Origin: a virus
Length of the DNA: 64,000 bases
Direction: 5' to 3' (one strand)
Virus record (IMG/VR): IMGVR_UViG_3300033233_000034
Location: 5,000-68,999 of that record
The position numbers and the translations under genes were made by a program. The notes under the pieces are model-generated. The model searched no databases. It was not told where the DNA came from and saw only the letters and a program-made list of their open reading frames with translations. This document shows, piece after piece, positions 39,064 through 49,803 of the stretch (its first letter is position 1; each line of letters starts with the position of its first letter).

Positions 39064-39695
39064 ATTCCTAATAATTGTTTAATGAGAAAATTAAGATATT
39101 CAAAATTATTTTGTAAACTCTTTTTTATTTCATCACTTATAAAAACACGATCACCATTAATAATAGCATCAGCTACTTGTTTTCGTTCTTCTATAATAGG
39201 TTTTAATAAAGTAAATAAAGACTCTGTATTTACCATACAAGCGGAAATAAGTTTTGTTTGATTTTCTACATAATCATTTGTGCTCATAATTCTGGTATTT
39301 TAGTAGTAATTAAAAATATAGCGATCGCTTTGGTAACTGTATTTCGTGTTAAAGGTTTCCGTGTACCAAAAGTGTACATACCATTTTCCGTTTCACGAGC
39401 GTAAGAACCTTCATATTGCTTCGTTTCTCTTTTAGCATTATTTGTAGGATAGAGATACATAACTTCTATGATTTTCCGTAAACGAGGACAAATGTAATCA
39501 GCGTTCATGCTTACAACTATAAATAGGAAGAATGGTGCAACATTGATGACTTCTTAAATTTAGTTTTTCAATATAAGCAATAGCTTCTTCATTAGTATTA
39601 CAAGAAGCCATCCATTCACCTAAAACATAATAACTATCATCACCATAAATTTTACGTTCTTGATTTATCCAAAATACAACATATTTGAGTTCCAT
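39060..39695 (-). CDS. three small hypothetical ORFs (39060-39287, 39284-39508, 39498-39695)
   Basis: Overlapping, co-oriented ORFs. Confidence 0.55.
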
Positions 39696-39697
39696 AA

Positions 39698-40300
39698 TTA
39701 CTTCATTTTAAATAGTTTTAATGCTGGACTTTCTTTCATAGCCAAATGATGAATACTAAGACTATCCGCTACCGCTTCGTCTATATATTTGGTTCCTGTA
39801 GGTTTCCAATTTGGATATATTATTTTCATTTTTTGTACCATTTCTAATTTTTCCCCAGTAGATTTATTTAATGAATGGCGTTTAGAATCGTTTTCGCTAT
39901 ACCACTCAATCCCAATCTCCAAAGCATTAGAAATAGTTTCTAAAATACCCATACAAATACCGATCATAACGGCTGCCGAAGCAGATTGACTACCATGTGG
40001 TAATTCTGAAACGATGTACTCGATATTATGTTTTTTAACCTGACTTAATAACCGTTCATTGATTTCCCGTATTCTGCGAATAGTGTCATCACCTTTCCTA
40101 ACTCTGAGTTTCTTACCACCTGATTCAGTTTTAATACAACCAGTTTCAAGTATCTTACCATCCTGATTAAGCACGGAATACCCCCAAGCACAAATACTAG
40201 GATCATTAGCAAGGATAGTAATTTGTTTAGTAGGGACTACTTGTTTAGAATAAACCATATCCTCTTTCCAAATTACCGTATTTTTAATTCTTTCCATCAT
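39698..40300 (-). CDS. ruvC: RuvC-like Holliday junction resolvase
   Basis: ILANDPS...WG, IVSELP, EAVADSL acidic catalytic motifs. Confidence 0.78.
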   Translation of the reverse strand: MMERIKNTVIWKEDMVYSKQVVPTKQITILANDPSICAWGYSVLNQDGKILETGCIKTESGGKKLRVRKGDDTIRRIREINERLLSQVKKHNIEYIVSELPHGSQSASAAVMIGICMGILETISNALEIGIEWYSENDSKRHSLNKSTGEKLEMVQKMKIIYPNWKPTGTKYIDEAVADSLSIHHLAMKESPALKLFKMK

Positions 40301-40435
40301 TTCGTTTTAACATTTGTAGTATAGAATAATTAAACAGTATTTGATTCATTAGGATCATAAATTCCATACGCTCTTCTGCCGTTAATTCTGATAAAGGTAC
40401 TATTTCACCATTGTCACGCTCCACCAGTACTCGTT

Positions 40436-40914
40436 TCATTTATTTTTCTTGAAATAAATCATATCTGCTTTCAATACCATATTTTGTCCATTCTTGTATA
40501 CCGTAGCAACCTTTGTAAACTGTCCATTTAACACCCATTTAAAGGAGTCTATTTGTATTTCAGAAGTATAGGACATATAAGTATTTCCTTGAATAATATA
40601 GACAGTGTAAGGGTGTGTTGGTTTTTGATTGTTTTTTAAAAAAGACACAGTTCCAAAAACCATAAGAAAAGTCAAAGAAATAAAAAGTAAAAATGTTTTC
40701 ATAGCTTTTCCTCCTCCTCCCATCGTTTAATATCTGTAAAAACGGATATACAAGAATAAATAAATAAAGAAAGCATTATAAGTACACAAAATAATAAAAC
40801 CAATATAACGGGGATTAAAACTATCCACCAAGAATTATTTGGCATTATACCAAATAATTTGCACAAAATTAACACCAATTGAAAACCACCATAAAGCAAA
40901 TAAGTTAGTTTCAT
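40436..40914 (-). CDS. two small membrane proteins (40436-40723, 40699-40914)
   Basis: Hydrophobic segments; SWWIVLIP motif. Confidence 0.55.
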
Positions 40915-40998
40915 TTGAATAATTTATTTAGTTTGTATAAAAGATATAAAAACTCAACCCATAACCATTGAAAAATATTTAGTCTCATCGCTTAGGTT

Positions 40999-41853
40999 TT
41001 AAAAATATACTTTTGCTTTTCTTTTAATAGTCTTAACTCGATACATTTCTATATAAATCGGTTTTATCTTTTTCATTCGATTTAGTTTTCTATTAACCCA
41101 ACCCTTTTTAACATTTTCTATAAATTTTAATTTATTTTCAGGATTTTGTAAAAAGAGTTTGCGATTTTCAGACATTTTTAATTTAGTTTCTACTGTATGA
41201 GGAAACCTTTCTTTTTGAAGATTTGAAACAGTATAAGTTAAACCTTTATTCCAAGGAATCCTACCTTTGATTTTTTCTGCATGTAGTAACCTATTTTCTT
41301 TATTCCAATAATTATGTATTTTATCTAATTGTTCTTGCGTATGAAAAAATTTATTCCCTAAAGCATGAGTATTCCCTTTTAATTTATCTTTGTTTTTAAT
41401 ACTTATTTTCTTTTTTGTTTCTTCTGAGTGAACTTTGCCATAAAAGGAATTTAATATACCAATAGGGTGTTCATTATTGTCCCAAAACTCTTTTTTCTTT
41501 TTAGATTGTTTTCGTTTTGTTTCCTCGGAATGATGGGAACCTAATGGAGAACCCGCATAAGGGTAGATATTGTATAACCCATGAGTTTCTCTATAAGAAT
41601 CTATCATCAGTTGTTCTTGTAATAAACGATTTTTTTCTTCACAATAAAGTAAAACCTTAAATTGAAAATTATCTTCACCGTATTTATTCCAAGCTCGTTG
41701 TAAATATGGATTAAGATGGTTTCTTTTTTGTAATGCTTTTAAATGAACTTTTAATCGTTTTTCTATATTTATAGAACTACCAACATAAACTTTATTAGTA
41801 ATAATGTTTTGAATTAAATATACCCCTGATAGGATTAATGTAGATTTATTCAT
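40999..41853 (-). mobile_element. free-standing GIY-YIG homing endonuclease with NUMOD3 repeats
   Basis: GVYLIQN...YVGSS...R...H; HSEETK repeats; PWNKG. Confidence 0.9.
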
Positions 41854-42914
41854 TTTCTCTTTTTCCTATCTCTTTCTTTTGTAAATTTACTTTCTATTTC
41901 TTCCCAAAGATCAATAACTTCGTTTTTTAAATAACCATCCCATTGTTTTTCTTCAATCATAGAAATAGCTTTATCTAACGAATTACTCAATTCAACTCCT
42001 CTACAAGTATAAGTTGTATTTTTGGTAAAATCTTTAATATATTGTAGTTCATCTCGAATAGAATCTATACCATAATCAAAAATTATTGATACAGGGGCAC
42101 TACGGTAAGGTTTCCAGATACTCGATTTAAATACATCAATTAACACTTCTACGCCTATACAACGCTTTACTTCTTTACCGACTACCTTTTGCTTATCCCA
42201 AATCTTTTCGGGTTTTGTAAAGCGTAATCGTAGGCTGCTATAAAAACCTATGGCCTCACCACCGGGAGTAATATACTTTTGACCGTAAGGACCAGCATCC
42301 ATATTTACCCTTACCTGATTACTACAAACCATCAAGTAGTTATTTTTTACTAAAGTACGTGCAGATTTCCTAAGTTCCTCACTAAATTCCTTTGCTCTAC
42401 GCATACCCATTTTATCACCATCCTTGTTATCCATTTCCATTTTAGTAGAAAGGGCTGCAAGAGAATCTGCAAAAATACCGTTAATAAGTTTCTTTTTAAA
42501 AGATTTTGGCTCCCATGCACTAATAGTTGTGAATAGATCAGTAACAGTATCAGGACGGGAATATTCAGAATCACTTAAATCCAAACCAAACATACTGGCA
42601 AATTGTTTATTCAATCGGGCTTCTGGATCGGCAAACATAATTTCCCCCCCTTGTCTTTGCACAGCACCTGCGATTTCTGATAATAAGACGGTTTTTCCAC
42701 TACCACTTGGTCCGAAAGCTTCGACGAGTATTCCTCCAGGTAAACCCCCGCCACGCACTCTTCCTCCACTAATGGCAAGGTCAAGCAGTGTACTTCCAGT
42801 GCTAATAATTGTACCGAAGTCTCCATCGTATTCTTTCTTTTCACTTATCGTTGGTTTTAAAGATTTACGTACCATTTGGGCACTTAAAGATTCTTCTGGT
42901 TTTATTCGTTCCAT
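41850..42914 (-). CDS. recA: RecA/UvsX-like recombinase
   Basis: ISTGSTLLDLA, Walker A GPSGSGKT, ADSLAAL, NQVR, TPGGEAIGFYSSLR. Confidence 0.93.
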   Translation of the reverse strand: MERIKPEESLSAQMVRKSLKPTISEKKEYDGDFGTIISTGSTLLDLAISGGRVRGGGLPGGILVEAFGPSGSGKTVLLSEIAGAVQRQGGEIMFADPEARLNKQFASMFGLDLSDSEYSRPDTVTDLFTTISAWEPKSFKKKLINGIFADSLAALSTKMEMDNKDGDKMGMRRAKEFSEELRKSARTLVKNNYLMVCSNQVRVNMDAGPYGQKYITPGGEAIGFYSSLRLRFTKPEKIWDKQKVVGKEVKRCIGVEVLIDVFKSSIWKPYRSAPVSIIFDYGIDSIRDELQYIKDFTKNTTYTCRGVELSNSLDKAISMIEEKQWDGYLKNEVIDLWEEIESKFTKERDRKKRK

Positions 42915-42980
42915 AGTTAAGATTTTAAAAATAGGTAGGGAATATTTCTATACCCATACCCATTTTTGATTTATTTAAAA

Positions 42981-44378
42981 CTACTTTTTACTATTCTTTT
43001 TCTTTAGGGTATTACATTCATCCCAAAGATCACAAGAATCACATTCATCAAACTTATCAACATCTTTCCCAAATATATGATCGGAAGGACACTTATCATC
43101 AGCCGTAGCTTTTTTAGCTGGAACTTTAGTTGATTTTTTTACAGGTTTTTCATCATCATCATCATCATCTACCGGAGCAACTTTTTTACTTTTCTTAGCT
43201 GGTTTAACACCTGTACCCATACAATCCTCACAAACACCGCCCTCAGAATCTTTACCAGAACCTTCACAAGTTAAGCAACGAGTTTCAAAAGGAATAGTAG
43301 CTATTTTAATTATAGATTTAGACATACCTGTTACACCTAATGAGTAAGCGACATCAATTTGTAAACTTTTAGTAAACCCAATGTAATCATCAGGGTCAAG
43401 TTCGATTTCTTTTAAAACAATGAATTTCTTTAATTCTTTAGCTGACATCATTTTGATAGTATCCCAAGTAATATTATCAGCTTCATCCTCATCATCATCT
43501 ACCGGAGCAACTTTCTTTTTCCTTACAGGAGCGGGATCATCATTATCCTCCTCTACCTTTTGTACTTTTTTACGTACTGGTTTTTCATCCTCATCAATAT
43601 CATCTACTTCTTCTTCTTCTTCAATTTCAAAGAATTTATGCTCCATTTGCTCATAAGTAAGTACGTTTAGGATTTCATCCAATCGAGGGGTTTCATCAGC
43701 TACGGAAAGTTTGTAAGGTTTATCCCTTTCAACAGATATAATTTTAGTAGCTTCTGCAAATGGTTTACTATTACCAATAACTTTTCCTGTAAAACGCACT
43801 TTCAGTGTTTCACCTTCTTCCAAATCCATAAAGACTTCTGATACTGATTCTTCTTCAATTTCATCGTTCAATAGCTTTTGAAACATAGCTTTTGATACAT
43901 CAAAAATATGCCATTTTCCGGCATCATGCTTCGGACTATCCAAAGGATTTACAATGTAAAGATAACGATCACTGGCACTCATAGATTTTAATTCATCTTT
44001 ATCCGCACCAGCTTTTGCTCGTTTAGCTCTTTCCTCACAAATAGGACATTTCTTACCAAAAGTTGCTAAACAAACCACCGTATCCCCAGTACCTGCACCT
44101 ACGTTACGATGCACTTTAAATGGGAATCGCCACCAGTAACTATCCTTAATGGCTATTCCGGCTTTTTCATCTTTCTCAGGATGATTATTACTTGTAACTA
44201 AATACGGTGCAAAATCTAAAAGGTAGTTTTTACCTTTATCTGCACTTACTTCGGGAGAAAATACTGATACACCATTTGGTAATTTTAAATACCCATAACT
44301 GGATGCTTTAGCTTTGTCGGTTTTAACCGCTTGTGATACTTTTCCCCTAAAACTACTCTTCGATGTTTTCTTTGCCAT
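42981..44378 (-). CDS. single-stranded DNA-binding protein (gp32-like) with acidic linker and Cys-rich domains
   Basis: HRNVG..VC..FGKKCPICE core; next to recA and a UvsY-like gene. Confidence 0.72.
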   Translation of the reverse strand: MAKKTSKSSFRGKVSQAVKTDKAKASSYGYLKLPNGVSVFSPEVSADKGKNYLLDFAPYLVTSNNHPEKDEKAGIAIKDSYWWRFPFKVHRNVGAGTGDTVVCLATFGKKCPICEERAKRAKAGADKDELKSMSASDRYLYIVNPLDSPKHDAGKWHIFDVSKAMFQKLLNDEIEEESVSEVFMDLEEGETLKVRFTGKVIGNSKPFAEATKIISVERDKPYKLSVADETPRLDEILNVLTYEQMEHKFFEIEEEEEVDDIDEDEKPVRKKVQKVEEDNDDPAPVRKKKVAPVDDDEDEADNITWDTIKMMSAKELKKFIVLKEIELDPDDYIGFTKSLQIDVAYSLGVTGMSKSIIKIATIPFETRCLTCEGSGKDSEGGVCEDCMGTGVKPAKKSKKVAPVDDDDDDEKPVKKSTKVPAKKATADDKCPSDHIFGKDVDKFDECDSCDLWDECNTLKKKNSKK

Positions 44379-44528
44379 TTTGATTTTGATTTTTAGATAA
44401 ATACTTATTCACTGCTTTGTTAATAAATCTTTCGATTTCGTCCAACCATGCCATCATAACGATACGTGATAGAATGTATAGTAAAATAGGGATAGAACAT
44501 CCTATTAAAATCATTATTATATACTCCT

Positions 44529-45044
44529 TCATTCTTCTTTCATTTTACGTGTACGTTGTAATTCACTAAAACCTTTGCTTACTTTTTCATCCACTTTCTT
44601 TTCTTGTTCTCGCTTTTCCCAGTCACGATTAATCTGATAAGGAACTGTTGGTCCAGAGAAGTACTGCTGCCCATAAAGCCGTACAAGATTTTCCAGTGCT
44701 GATTTACGATGCTCAAAAGCATTTACGGCAGCTTGTGCCATTTCTGCTTCATACTTAGAATTTAGATAAGCTGTATAAGCCTCCTGATAACCATCCTCTT
44801 TTAGAATAGCATTGGCTACTACGGTTTCTGTCACTTTCTCAATACCATATTTTTCAGGATTACTTCTTATACTTTTATCAGCTTCAGCTTTAGCAATATC
44901 TAAATTCTGCTTCGCTTCCTCCAGACGTTTTTTCATTTTAGCCGAATGCCTACCATACTTTAGGCAAAAGGAGGGTTGTGCTAACCATTCTTGGTCAAGG
45001 GCTTCACCATCAATTTCAATGTCCTGTTCATAATTTAATGCCAT
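44529..45044 (-). CDS. UvsY-like recombination mediator
   Basis: Helical; KVTETVV..., AFEHRKSAL; synteny with SSB and RecA. Confidence 0.6.
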   Translation of the reverse strand: MALNYEQDIEIDGEALDQEWLAQPSFCLKYGRHSAKMKKRLEEAKQNLDIAKAEADKSIRSNPEKYGIEKVTETVVANAILKEDGYQEAYTAYLNSKYEAEMAQAAVNAFEHRKSALENLVRLYGQQYFSGPTVPYQINRDWEKREQEKKVDEKVSKGFSELQRTRKMKEE

Positions 45045-45148
45045 ATTTTTAGTTTTAAAGGTTTAAAAAAATCGGGAACTTTTTTTAAAAATGATTTCTA
45101 GTGTGGATAGATTTATCATGGATAAGAACGGTGTCCCCGATTATATTT

Positions 45149-46063
45149 TTAGTTTTTAATTATTAAAAAACAATTCAAAGTAATTTGTGGCCAGCCTGAA
45201 TTATACGTTGGTTCCATAAATTGTTCCAATACCATACCGGCTCGTTCGTTATCAGCTCCTTTCAGTAGAATAGCTTGACAGTACCCCATTACCACTCGGC
45301 GAATATCCTCAGGTTCTTGATCTTTTAAAGCTGTTAGAATTATAGCTACCTCCTTCCAAGATGATTTCTTTAGTAGTACCCTACATAGTTCAATAGCTTG
45401 ACTTTGCATCGCTGCTGTCTGTCGTGCTACTTCTAAACGCTTTTCTTCATCTACGTTTAGCACTTGTTCTAAAATCTGAATAGCATTACGTGGGTGTCCC
45501 TGTGAATCCTGAATGATTTGGTCGTATATTTCCGTAGATAGGTATTCCCCTTCTCCTCGAACTATTGATCGAAGCAAACCCTTCATTTGGGTATCTGTAA
45601 GGGGTTTTACCTGTAACTCTATACACCTACCACGAATAGCAGCTATAACCTTTTGTGGGTCGGTAGTACAAAGGATAAAGTAAACGTGCTTTGGGGTATC
45701 TTCAAGAATTTTTAATAGAGCATTTTGTGCATCGTTTGTACTTTTATGAATTTCATCTATAAGCCAAACTCTACATTCCCCTTCCAATGGTTTATATTGA
45801 CTGTTTTTAATTATATCTCGTACTGTATCAATACCACGGAAATCTGCTGAATTTACTTCACGGAAATCAGAACCTTTGCACCCCAAACGGTCTGCTATAA
45901 TACGTCCAATGGTAGTTTTACCACAACCACTTGAACCATGTAACATAAATACATGAGGACAGGTTTCAGGATTAGAAAGCATTTTGTCTAAAGTAGCTAT
46001 AATACTTTCATTTCCTTTTATAGAATCTAAAGAATCGGGTCGGTATTTAAGGTATAAACTCAT
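45149..46063 (-). CDS. clamp loader AAA+ subunit (DnaX gamma/tau-like)
   Basis: LYLKYRP, GSSGCGKTT, IDEIH, AQNALLKILED, GRC. Confidence 0.9.
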   Translation of the reverse strand: MSLYLKYRPDSLDSIKGNESIIATLDKMLSNPETCPHVFMLHGSSGCGKTTIGRIIADRLGCKGSDFREVNSADFRGIDTVRDIIKNSQYKPLEGECRVWLIDEIHKSTNDAQNALLKILEDTPKHVYFILCTTDPQKVIAAIRGRCIELQVKPLTDTQMKGLLRSIVRGEGEYLSTEIYDQIIQDSQGHPRNAIQILEQVLNVDEEKRLEVARQTAAMQSQAIELCRVLLKKSSWKEVAIILTALKDQEPEDIRRVVMGYCQAILLKGADNERAGMVLEQFMEPTYNSGWPQITLNCFLIIKN

Positions 46064-46615
46064 TTTGGTATAATGGTTATTTTAAAGTTTCTAATTTGTC
46101 TTATTTGCTCAACTCTAGAACTAAGGTCAATAAAATCTATATCAATCGAAGTTATAGTTATATTATGCTTTTCCTGAAATTCTGTTAGTGGTTGATTAAT
46201 TAATAACTTACAATGTTCTTGTAATCGTGCTAAATCTACTCCGAAAGATGGTTTACTCATGATCTTATTATTAAAGTTTGTAGTGCTTGCATAATTACTA
46301 ATTGATTATTAAGTATTATGAGTTCTATTGTAGAACAACGGTCTTCAGCTACTCTTATATTTGTAAGTTTAATTCTTTCTTCTAAAATTGCTACATCATC
46401 ACTCATTTTGTTCGTTTTATTCTTGTTAAACATTTTCTCTTACATCTCATAACCCCTTGCAATGCCCAACCTTGTTGTCCCATGTAACATGGTGGACTAA
46501 CACCATAGCAAGAATCTGTCCTACCTTTAACCAGTGTATAAATAAATCCGTTGATAAAAATGTCTTTTGTTTCTCTTTCTGGTTTTAATTTTTTCTTTTG
46601 TAGCGGTTTTTCCAT
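46060..46615 (-). CDS. small hypothetical ORFs (46060-46260, 46403-46615)
   Basis: Co-oriented ORFs in the operon. Confidence 0.5.
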
Positions 46616-46629
46616 ACTTTAGAATTTAG

Positions 46630-48054
46630 TTATTTTATTTTATCAGCCCAACTACCATTTATGGCATATTTTTCCATATCCATTTCAATAGGTACATTTA
46701 TCCATTTCCAATGTTCAGGTAAATCCTTTGTTATAATCTTCTGTACTTGTGCAGAAACTTCCTCTAATTCATCAGGGTTCATATCTACTACAATACTATC
46801 ATGTATTTGACCAATAATCCGTGAATCCATATTCTTTTCTCTAAGCCATCGGTCTAATTGTATTAGTGACCAAAGTAAGCAATGGAAAGCTGCTCCCTGA
46901 ACAGGATAATTAGTAACGTCTGTTTTCCGCATTATTCCTGCACATCGAAAACCTGTATGCATATCTACATACCCTTTTCGTTGATATTCAGCGTACCAAT
47001 CTTCTTTCCATTGTGCATACTGAGGAAAACGATTTTTCCAGAAATCATCCTCAATAGTTTTAACGTGCCGCATAAAACCAGTAACGTATTGTCCTGATTT
47101 ACCCCCACCGTTTACCGATCCTAATTCTGTAATCCCTTTACTGATTAAATGATCCGATAGGAATTTACCGTTAGGCATCGGAATCCCTTGTCCACGTTTC
47201 CATTTATCGGTAGGAGATAACCTACCCCAATCACAAACCAGATTAGAAGCACAATTTTTCCAATATGAACCATAAAACTCAGGGAATACGAAACCATTTT
47301 TAGCAGCTTGTCGTAAAGTATAATGCTCTGGTATCTTTTTATTAAAATCTTCTACCATAAATAATTGAGTAGCTAAATCACCGTGCATATCCGTAGTAGG
47401 GTCTTTGATATACTTTAAGAGATTTTCATCCTTATTATAACAGCAAGAAACCCTTACTTCTGCTCCGGAAAAATCAAATTCTACTAACTGGTGTCCCGGA
47501 CGTGCAAACAGTGCTTTACGGCAAGTTTTCATAGCTTCCTCATCCCTTTTGGGGATATTTTGGAAGTTTGGCTCAGAACTACTTGACCTGTAAGTAGTTA
47601 CGAGATGTAGATTAAAGAACGGGTGTATAACACCATCTACCTGTTCCCGTGCAAACCCTTCGAGATAATCCCCTAATTTTTTCTGTTTACTAATCCTGAT
47701 CAGGTAATCGAGTTCAGGTATATTTAGTTGTTTTAGTGCTTCCTCATCCGTACTACCTTTCCCCGAAGTCGTTGCCTTTCCTACTGTAATCCCTTTAACA
47801 CCATATAAGAATTTCCCTAACTGATCACCACTGTTAATGTTTACTTTGGTTTTCGTGGATTTCTGCCAATCCTTAAAAAACTGAGTTTCCCGGAACTCAT
47901 CTTCGAGATGTTCTATTTTATTAGCTATCTGTTGTTTCTTCCGATTAACATAGTCCATATCTATTCGGATACCCTGTCTCTCAGCTCTGGCCAGCGACAA
48001 AATTCCTTGATGTAGCAATAGGTAAGCATCTTCCGTGTTAGGATGAATGTTCAT
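46630..48054 (-). CDS. polA: DNA polymerase family A, polymerase domain only
   Basis: PNFQNIP, motif A DFSGAEVR, motif B RQAAKNGFVFPEFYG, NYPVQG, motif C QIHDS. Confidence 0.95.
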   Translation of the reverse strand: MNIHPNTEDAYLLLHQGILSLARAERQGIRIDMDYVNRKKQQIANKIEHLEDEFRETQFFKDWQKSTKTKVNINSGDQLGKFLYGVKGITVGKATTSGKGSTDEEALKQLNIPELDYLIRISKQKKLGDYLEGFAREQVDGVIHPFFNLHLVTTYRSSSSEPNFQNIPKRDEEAMKTCRKALFARPGHQLVEFDFSGAEVRVSCCYNKDENLLKYIKDPTTDMHGDLATQLFMVEDFNKKIPEHYTLRQAAKNGFVFPEFYGSYWKNCASNLVCDWGRLSPTDKWKRGQGIPMPNGKFLSDHLISKGITELGSVNGGGKSGQYVTGFMRHVKTIEDDFWKNRFPQYAQWKEDWYAEYQRKGYVDMHTGFRCAGIMRKTDVTNYPVQGAAFHCLLWSLIQLDRWLREKNMDSRIIGQIHDSIVVDMNPDELEEVSAQVQKIITKDLPEHWKWINVPIEMDMEKYAINGSWADKIK

Positions 48055-48422
48055 ATTTGTGATTTTAAAACAGCGTGTTCTGTATCATCTTCGTTTAGAT
48101 AAAAAGCATCAGCATATTTTGGTTTTTTAAATTCAAGCATAGCATAATTTCTAATATCCACTAATAATTCCAAATTATGTGTTTTTTCATATAAATCCAA
48201 TTTATTTCTTAAAGAAGCAATAAAATCGTAGTTATTATTAAAACGAAGTAAACCATAACGAAAAGCTGCTTGAATCATTTTATTTTTAGCCAACATATCA
48301 AATTCTGGAACCCATTCTGTTTCTTTTAATTCTTCCAGAGTAGGCAATTCACTGATTTTTCTCTCAGGTAATTTTTTCGATAACCGGCAGCGATTATACT
48401 TATACCAAACTCTTTCTCTCAT
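48051..48422 (-). CDS. hypothetical protein, possibly all-alpha NTP pyrophosphatase-like
   Basis: RYG and LELLVDIRNYAMLE resemble MazG-type helices. Confidence 0.4.
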   Translation of the reverse strand: MRERVWYKYNRCRLSKKLPERKISELPTLEELKETEWVPEFDMLAKNKMIQAAFRYGLLRFNNNYDFIASLRNKLDLYEKTHNLELLVDIRNYAMLEFKKPKYADAFYLNEDDTEHAVLKSQI

Positions 48423-48426
48423 AGAA

Positions 48427-49047
48427 TTAGCAAATTATATCGTCAAATATAATTGGAAGTGTGTTTTTTAATTCTTTAAGTAAAGGAATCATTAATTCTC
48501 TCATTTGAGGGTGTGCTGCTTCCGAAGTCCTTTGTTTAAAAATAGTCCGCCATTCTCTTAAATTTGTTGTAACTACTATTTCCGTTTTTAATGAATTAGG
48601 TAAAACAGAACGTGCTATTTGAGCAGAACACCCCATTTGTGTTAATGCTAAATAAGTTGTTTCAGAAAACTGTAATGATAATTCCCACTGAACCCTTTGA
48701 CTTTCTGTCAAATACTGGGATAAATCAATAAAAGTTAGTTCACCTCCAAATTTACTTTTAGAATAATTACAATAACGTGTTGATTCCTGACTAAAAGAGC
48801 ATAATCTATGCCTGACAATTTCATGGGAAACTCCTCGGTCACAAATAAATTTAATAGAAAGGGATTGGTGCTCTAATACGCTTTCATGTCCTCGATTAAT
48901 TAACATTTTAATAAACTTTAGAGAAGAATCATAAGTTTGTTTTTCTTCACTTTTGTAACAGGTTCTACCAGCTTGTTCAATTTTTTCTAAAACTAAGGGG
49001 GCGTTTAAACTTGTTAAAATCTCATAAGAAGCCTTAATAATTTTCAT
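48427..49047 (-). CDS. thyX: FAD-dependent thymidylate synthase
   Basis: GHESVLEH, RHRLCSFSQESTRY, ARSVLP, NLREWR. Confidence 0.96.
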   Translation of the reverse strand: MKIIKASYEILTSLNAPLVLEKIEQAGRTCYKSEEKQTYDSSLKFIKMLINRGHESVLEHQSLSIKFICDRGVSHEIVRHRLCSFSQESTRYCNYSKSKFGGELTFIDLSQYLTESQRVQWELSLQFSETTYLALTQMGCSAQIARSVLPNSLKTEIVVTTNLREWRTIFKQRTSEAAHPQMRELMIPLLKELKNTLPIIFDDIIC

Positions 49048-49379
49048 AATGTTTCTTTTATAAAATGAATTGGTTTATCTAAAGTATTTGCTATTATCAT
49101 TTCAGCAGTAACCCCCTTACTATTAAGGATTTTATTTTGACCATCTTTTAACAATTCAACTACGTATAATTCATCACACCATTCTATAAAACAAGTATCA
49201 ACTTCTTTCCAAAATTCCCAGCCCTTTGGTAAATTATGGTTCACTGCTAAACAATGATTATGAGAAATGGGGGAGAAAACAATATGTCCTTTTTGCATTA
49301 ATTGAGCTGTTATTTTATTAGCCACTAAAAAACTTTCTTCTTCTATTCCGCTATAAGGAATTGCTAAGTATATTTTCAT
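49044..49379 (-). CDS. DUF1937 / nucleoside 2-deoxyribosyltransferase-like protein
   Basis: KIYLAIPYS, VFSPISHNH, SKGVTAE. Confidence 0.75.
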   Translation of the reverse strand: MKIYLAIPYSGIEEESFLVANKITAQLMQKGHIVFSPISHNHCLAVNHNLPKGWEFWKEVDTCFIEWCDELYVVELLKDGQNKILNSKGVTAEMIIANTLDKPIHFIKETL

Positions 49380-49792
49380 TTCTTTTCTGCTTGCTCGTTA
49401 CGGAGTTCTAAAAGTTTTTCGATTAACCATTCGTGAAATTCTGCTTCTTTTAAAGTTCCAATTAATTGAAAATCACGAGAAGCTACATTACCTGTTTCCT
49501 TGTGAAATTCCATCTGTAAATCAAATTTTGTAATCATAATTTTATGTTTTTATTGTTCAATTAAGTTCAAAAATTCCGCCCACCCACGGGGCATTACCTT
49601 AATATTAAAGGTATTATCAGGTAACTCAAACCAAATCTTATCTAAAACTTTAAGCATTTTAGTCTTATTCTTTTCGGCACGATAGATTTCTAATTTATCC
49701 CGACACCCACAGTCGAAATACATATCTATGAACCACATGAATTTATCTTTCGTGGAATCATAATAATCAAACCATTCTTCGTCTGAGAACAT
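49376..49792 (-). CDS. two small hypothetical ORFs (49376-49537, 49550-49792)
   Basis: 53-aa ORF translated by hand (ATGA-coupled to the next gene) and the 80-aa ORF from the track. Confidence 0.55.
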
Positions 49793-49803
49793 AATAAGTT
49801 AGT

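Noticed and set aside
48055-49803. Group I intron or intein explaining the polymerase split
   Set aside because: The interval is filled with ordinary coupled genes (thyX and others); no intein termini or intron core were recognised
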